Source: Marsupella aquatica
Lineage: Eukaryota; Plantae; Marchantiophyta
Length of the DNA: 64,000 bases
Direction of reading: 5' to 3'
Assembly (NCBI GenBank): GCA_973895155.1
Contig: OZ316893.1
Span: forward strand, 1,550,860 to 1,614,859
In this document: in pieces, positions 60,031 through 64,000 of the stretch
Position numbering within the stretch: position 1 is the stretch's first letter
Layout: each line of letters starts with the position of its first letter
Made by a program: the position numbers and the translations under genes
The notes under the pieces: model-generated
Told to the model about the DNA's origin: nothing
The model's database searches: none
The model's input: only the letters and a program-made list of their open reading frames with translations

Positions 60031-62133
60031 GATCGACTTCCACTGTCCAACATCTACTCAACATTCGCTTTCCTCCACGAATCATCAATCGACCTCCAAC
60101 TCAAAACCTGTCACCAATCACAGATCTGTACATCGATCGGGAAGCAAGCCGATCGGACAACAACGATACAGGTCAAGATACCAACGATCTGTTCGATAAC
60201 AACACACGATCCGAGCTACCACGAACCGTCGACAACTCAATCAATCGAACTTCTGTCCGCACAGTCCGTACAACAGATTTCGAATGTGATCTTTCAATGT
60301 AATCTCCATACAATCGGCACAACGATCTCGGTCAACAATACCCCATCGATCCCGCACCGATCCGATCACACACGTATGTCAAGCCAACGCACCTTGCACT
60401 ACTCAAGGAATCCACGTTACACAAGCGGAGCTCACAGCCACCATAGCCACACTCAAGCTCCTCTCTCTCCAAGGCTCAACATTGAACGATGACCTTTCAA
60501 TGCCTCACAAGTGAGAAGTACCCTCTCACACAAACCTGACAGAACCTTATCGGCTCCAATAGCACTCATACCAAACGTACATACTCTAATAGCACGATAT
60601 ACTACTACACTACTCAGAATGGTGTGACAGGAGGTTAAAGGGCCAATTCACAGGTAAGTTCAATTTTCACAAAATGGATAACAAATTTTTATAGGATTTC
60701 TTGAGATTCTAGAGCATTGATACTTTGCAAAATGACTATACTACTTCCAAAAATGTTGTTGCAAAAGCTTATTTTTTCTATGAAGCATTGCTCTTATTAT
60801 ACGATTGTAGTAAATTTTCTATTGTAAGTCAAAGTGAAATTTGAATTTGCATGAGCATTGTTGTGGAATATGATTTTTCAAAGACCATTACTTTCAAAGA
60901 AGGTTTTGACTAATTTTAATGCTACAATGTTACCTGAATTTATTCTTTTGGAGTATTGTTGATGTTGATGAATCTTAGTTTTCAAAGAGTTACAAAGAGA
61001 GCTTTGAGTAATTTTTCTGTTGCAGAGCTACCAGAAATTATATTCTAAGTCATATGACGTTGCTCTTGTTACAAGGAGTCAGTGCTTTGAGTACTTTGTT
61101 GTTGCGGAGCTATGGGAGATTTCTAATGTGGACCTTCAATGAATCCATTCCATTCACTGACATTCTCAATTTGATTTTAGGTGCTCATAATGTTCTTAGA
61201 GTGACGGAAACATAGGTAAACAATTAATAAGATAAATTTTCATCCATTTGCAGTTGGATTGTCTCATGATTAATAGGTGAAATATGGTCTGTCCCCTGTC
61301 ACTTCTTGGGGATAGTTGGAGACAACTTAGCATTCTATCCAGGCAGTAGTTTAGTGATCTATTACACCACAAGCCCTATGCCAATGCGTTGCACTGTGCA
61401 AGGAGGGCCGGTCCATAGGGAGTCGGGCTGGGGCATTTATGGGGCTAGGGTTGCACATTTCTTCCGGCAAGGGTCATGAAAAACAACTAATCAAATCCAA
61501 CGGCTTTGGATCTCCCGCCCAGGAGCTTTTTTGTATTGAGATGAAGAACAAAAAAAGCAGGATCCCTTATTTTTGTTGTAAATATATGTCACATTTGAAT
61601 TTGATGTGTAATTATTGGGATGCGAAACAATGTCCCCAAAGTCCTGTAAAGCCAAGAACCTTGGAGCGAGTTCCATTGCAGCGTTTATTAGGGAGTCTCA
61701 ATATTGTGACGGCCTGGGTTTTGGCCACCAGTGACAACTCCTTCACGGCCATGGGTAAACAAGGGATGGGCATCTACACAAGGTAGGGTAGTCCACACCA
61801 GCTGCCCGCCGGTGTAGTCCTGTGATTGTCACTTTGTAGTCTATGTTGGCATGGGTGTTGAGGCTGTCCGTCAAACATCAAACACATGTCTCTCAAAAAA
61901 ATGTGCCCAGAATATTTATTAGGGTCCCTTTTATAGGCACTCCTACATGTCTGTCAAGTACGTCATCCACAGTATTGAGACCCCTATAAGTACGGCACAA
62001 GGGTGGAGGCATAATTATGCATACAGTCATCTCTCTGTAAGTGCAAAATACATAAGTGCAGAGCCAGTATAATTGCAAGGTGTCCCATTCTTTTCCAGAC
62101 TCTTTCCTCACAATCTTGCACTTTTTGTAAGTG

Positions 62134-62540
62134 CAATAAAGTTCTGCACTAAACTACAAATATATAAATGCAAACCCTCTATAAGTGTTTATGAGCACAT
62201 TTCCTTGGCAGCAATAAAGTTCTGCAGTAAACTACACTAAACTACAAATATATAAATGCAAACCCTCTATAAGTGTTTATGAGCACATTTCCTTGGCAGC
62301 AATAAAGTTCTGCAGTAAACTACACTAAACTATAAATATATAAATGCAAACCCTCTATAAGTGTTTATGAGCACATTTCCTTGGCAGCAATAAAGTTCTG
62401 CACTAAACTACAAATATATAAATGCCAACCCTCTAAGTGTTTATGAGCACATTTCCTTGGCAGCAATAAAGTTCTGCACTAAACTACAAATATATAAATG
62501 CCAAACCTCTATAAGTGTTTATGAGCACATTTCCTTGGCA
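62134..62540. repeat. Tandem repeat, ~76-88 bp x5
   Basis: CAATAAAGTTCTGCA(C/G)TAAACTACA..ATATATAAATGC..CTCTATAAGTGTTTATGAGCACATTTCCTTGGCA repeated. Confidence 0.9.
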
Positions 62541-64000
62541 AGTCCTTGGACGTACAGTAATTGTCATTATCACTTAGCGTCAAAATTGCATTTATGAGGT
62601 AAGGGATCACCTTTAGGTCATAGATGTAAATTTTACAAGGAACTCAGCAGAATGTGGACTGACAAACGGGGCCATTGCACTTGGACACACTACACTCTTG
62701 TGGACGTAAACTTTCCTGAAGTTTTTCCATTGTATGTGTGTACATGAAGCAACTGAACCTTGGGCCAGCTTGGCCTGGGAATTATGAAAATTGAATGAGG
62801 AATAGAGTAAAGTCCAAGTGGCAACAATGTAGGATCAAACTTTTCTTATGTAAGAAGCTGAACTGAATCTTAGTATAAAAGTGTCAACTGAAGCCTACTC
62901 TTAAGGGCCTAGGTCTGAACCCTCTAGACCTTAACTCACAATAGAGACAAAACTGATAATGAGGTTCAATAAGGTTCAATAGTGCGTTCTCTAGGATTCT
63001 TCCTTGTAGCATATAGACTGGTTTCTTCTCAGGATCTGTTCTGGGGATCACTTTTACCCTGCTGGCCGTCCCATCGTTTGGAGATGAAGGATTTATGAGA
63101 TATGGAGAATTTCCATTTTCCTTGCGATGAATCTTTCTTGTGGATGGAGCACATCAGATTATCAGGTCCCCCCTTCTAGTCAGGCCTACTGAATAGTCTG
63201 GTCTATACTCTCGACAGTGGCTGGGGCACCCCATGTGAGCGGTGAGGATATAGCCCTCTGTCCTTTTCTCGGGGCCTTTGGTATGTCGCAGCCTGAGGCA
63301 TCAGGCTCAGAATATGGTTGGGGATTCGGGCTCCGGTAGCTCTCCATTCATGCCATTGGGAAGGAATTCGGTTTCAGACATATGATGGGATCATCCTGGT
63401 GTTCCCTTCCTCTTTTGGGCAGGTTTTCGGTCGCTGACGTTGACTGGCAGATTCTTGTTGTCCCCATCACCTTGTGGGGAAGGTCCTAGGTTTCTGGCTT
63501 TTGTTGGAGGGTCCGTAGCGTCTCTTTCAACTCCAATCTGGCATTGCTGCGGGAGCCTTTTGGCTGCCTTATCAAGAATTGCAGGCAAGTGCAGGGTCTT
63601 GGCTGCAGGGTGTATTCATCGATTCGATTATGTGCCGATTTGCTCTTCATCACGCACCAGGGTTACCTTCTTTGACCCATGATCATTCCTCCTTGCTTTG
63701 TTCCGGCTTTGGCAAGTCTGTTGACTAAGTGGGGAGACTGCAGCAACTCTCAGTCCAGTCGCGGCAGACCTCAATGTAGTGGCGGCATTCGTTCAGCGTG
63801 TTTTGGGGACCAGCAGGGTATGGTCTTGGCCATCTTTGGGACAGGTTCTAGGGTAGTCTCCTGTTTTGTGCAGCCAGGATCCATCCAGTTAGAATAGCAC
63901 TTTTGCGGTTCCTATGGTCACTTTAGGTTTTTCGTCTACAGGGCAATCAATCCCCTCTTTCCGTCTCCCTCTCCCCAGGCGGATTGGACTGTATTGCCCT

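Larger units (their letters stand above)
51091..60629 (-). mobile_element. Ty3/gypsy LTR retrotransposon with DNMT and PHD domains and split terminal repeats
   Basis: TG..CA termini and 4-bp TSD GGAG (51087-51090 and 60630-60633). Repeats A 51091-51226 / A' 51560-51695 and B 51228-51557 / B' 60298-60629. PPT AGGGGGGCG (minus strand) at ~51698-51706. Order gag-PR-DNMT-RT-RH-IN. Confidence 0.95.

Noticed and set aside
62950-64000. Decayed coding-like sequence at the window end
   Set aside because: Only short ORFs with no recognisable motif; may be a TE continuing beyond the window.

Overview
This is eukaryotic plant nuclear DNA, most likely from a moss or other bryophyte (inferred from the ELIP sequence type and transposon content). 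The backbone is a head-to-tail, minus-strand array of five two-exon ELIP (early light-induced protein) genes in different states of decay, plus the trace of a sixth deleted copy. It is interrupted by nested transposons whose ends and target-site duplications (TSDs) can be read directly: two Helitron-like elements, a 5'-truncated LINE, a Ty1/copia element carrying a 14-kb CACTA in its 5' LTR, further TIR elements inside those, a solo LTR, and a Ty3/gypsy element. Four observations stand out. (1) The gypsy pol contains a complete DNMT3-like C5-cytosine methyltransferase between protease and RT, and a PHD finger on the integrase C-terminus. (2) The same element has a permuted or 'split' LTR layout (B-internal-PPT-A-gc-B-A), as if a 2-LTR circle had been opened at an internal GACAGCTGTC palindrome and integrated. 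(3) The CACTA carries a SET-domain exon that could be alternatively spliced, with the transposase, from a shared Zn-finger first exon. (4) A 2.9-kb TIR element with a 4-bp TSD carries an F-box-like ORF and a Cys-rich ORF flanked by eight CGATAAATTTATCG palindromes. All domain calls are by-eye motif recognition; no database search was run.
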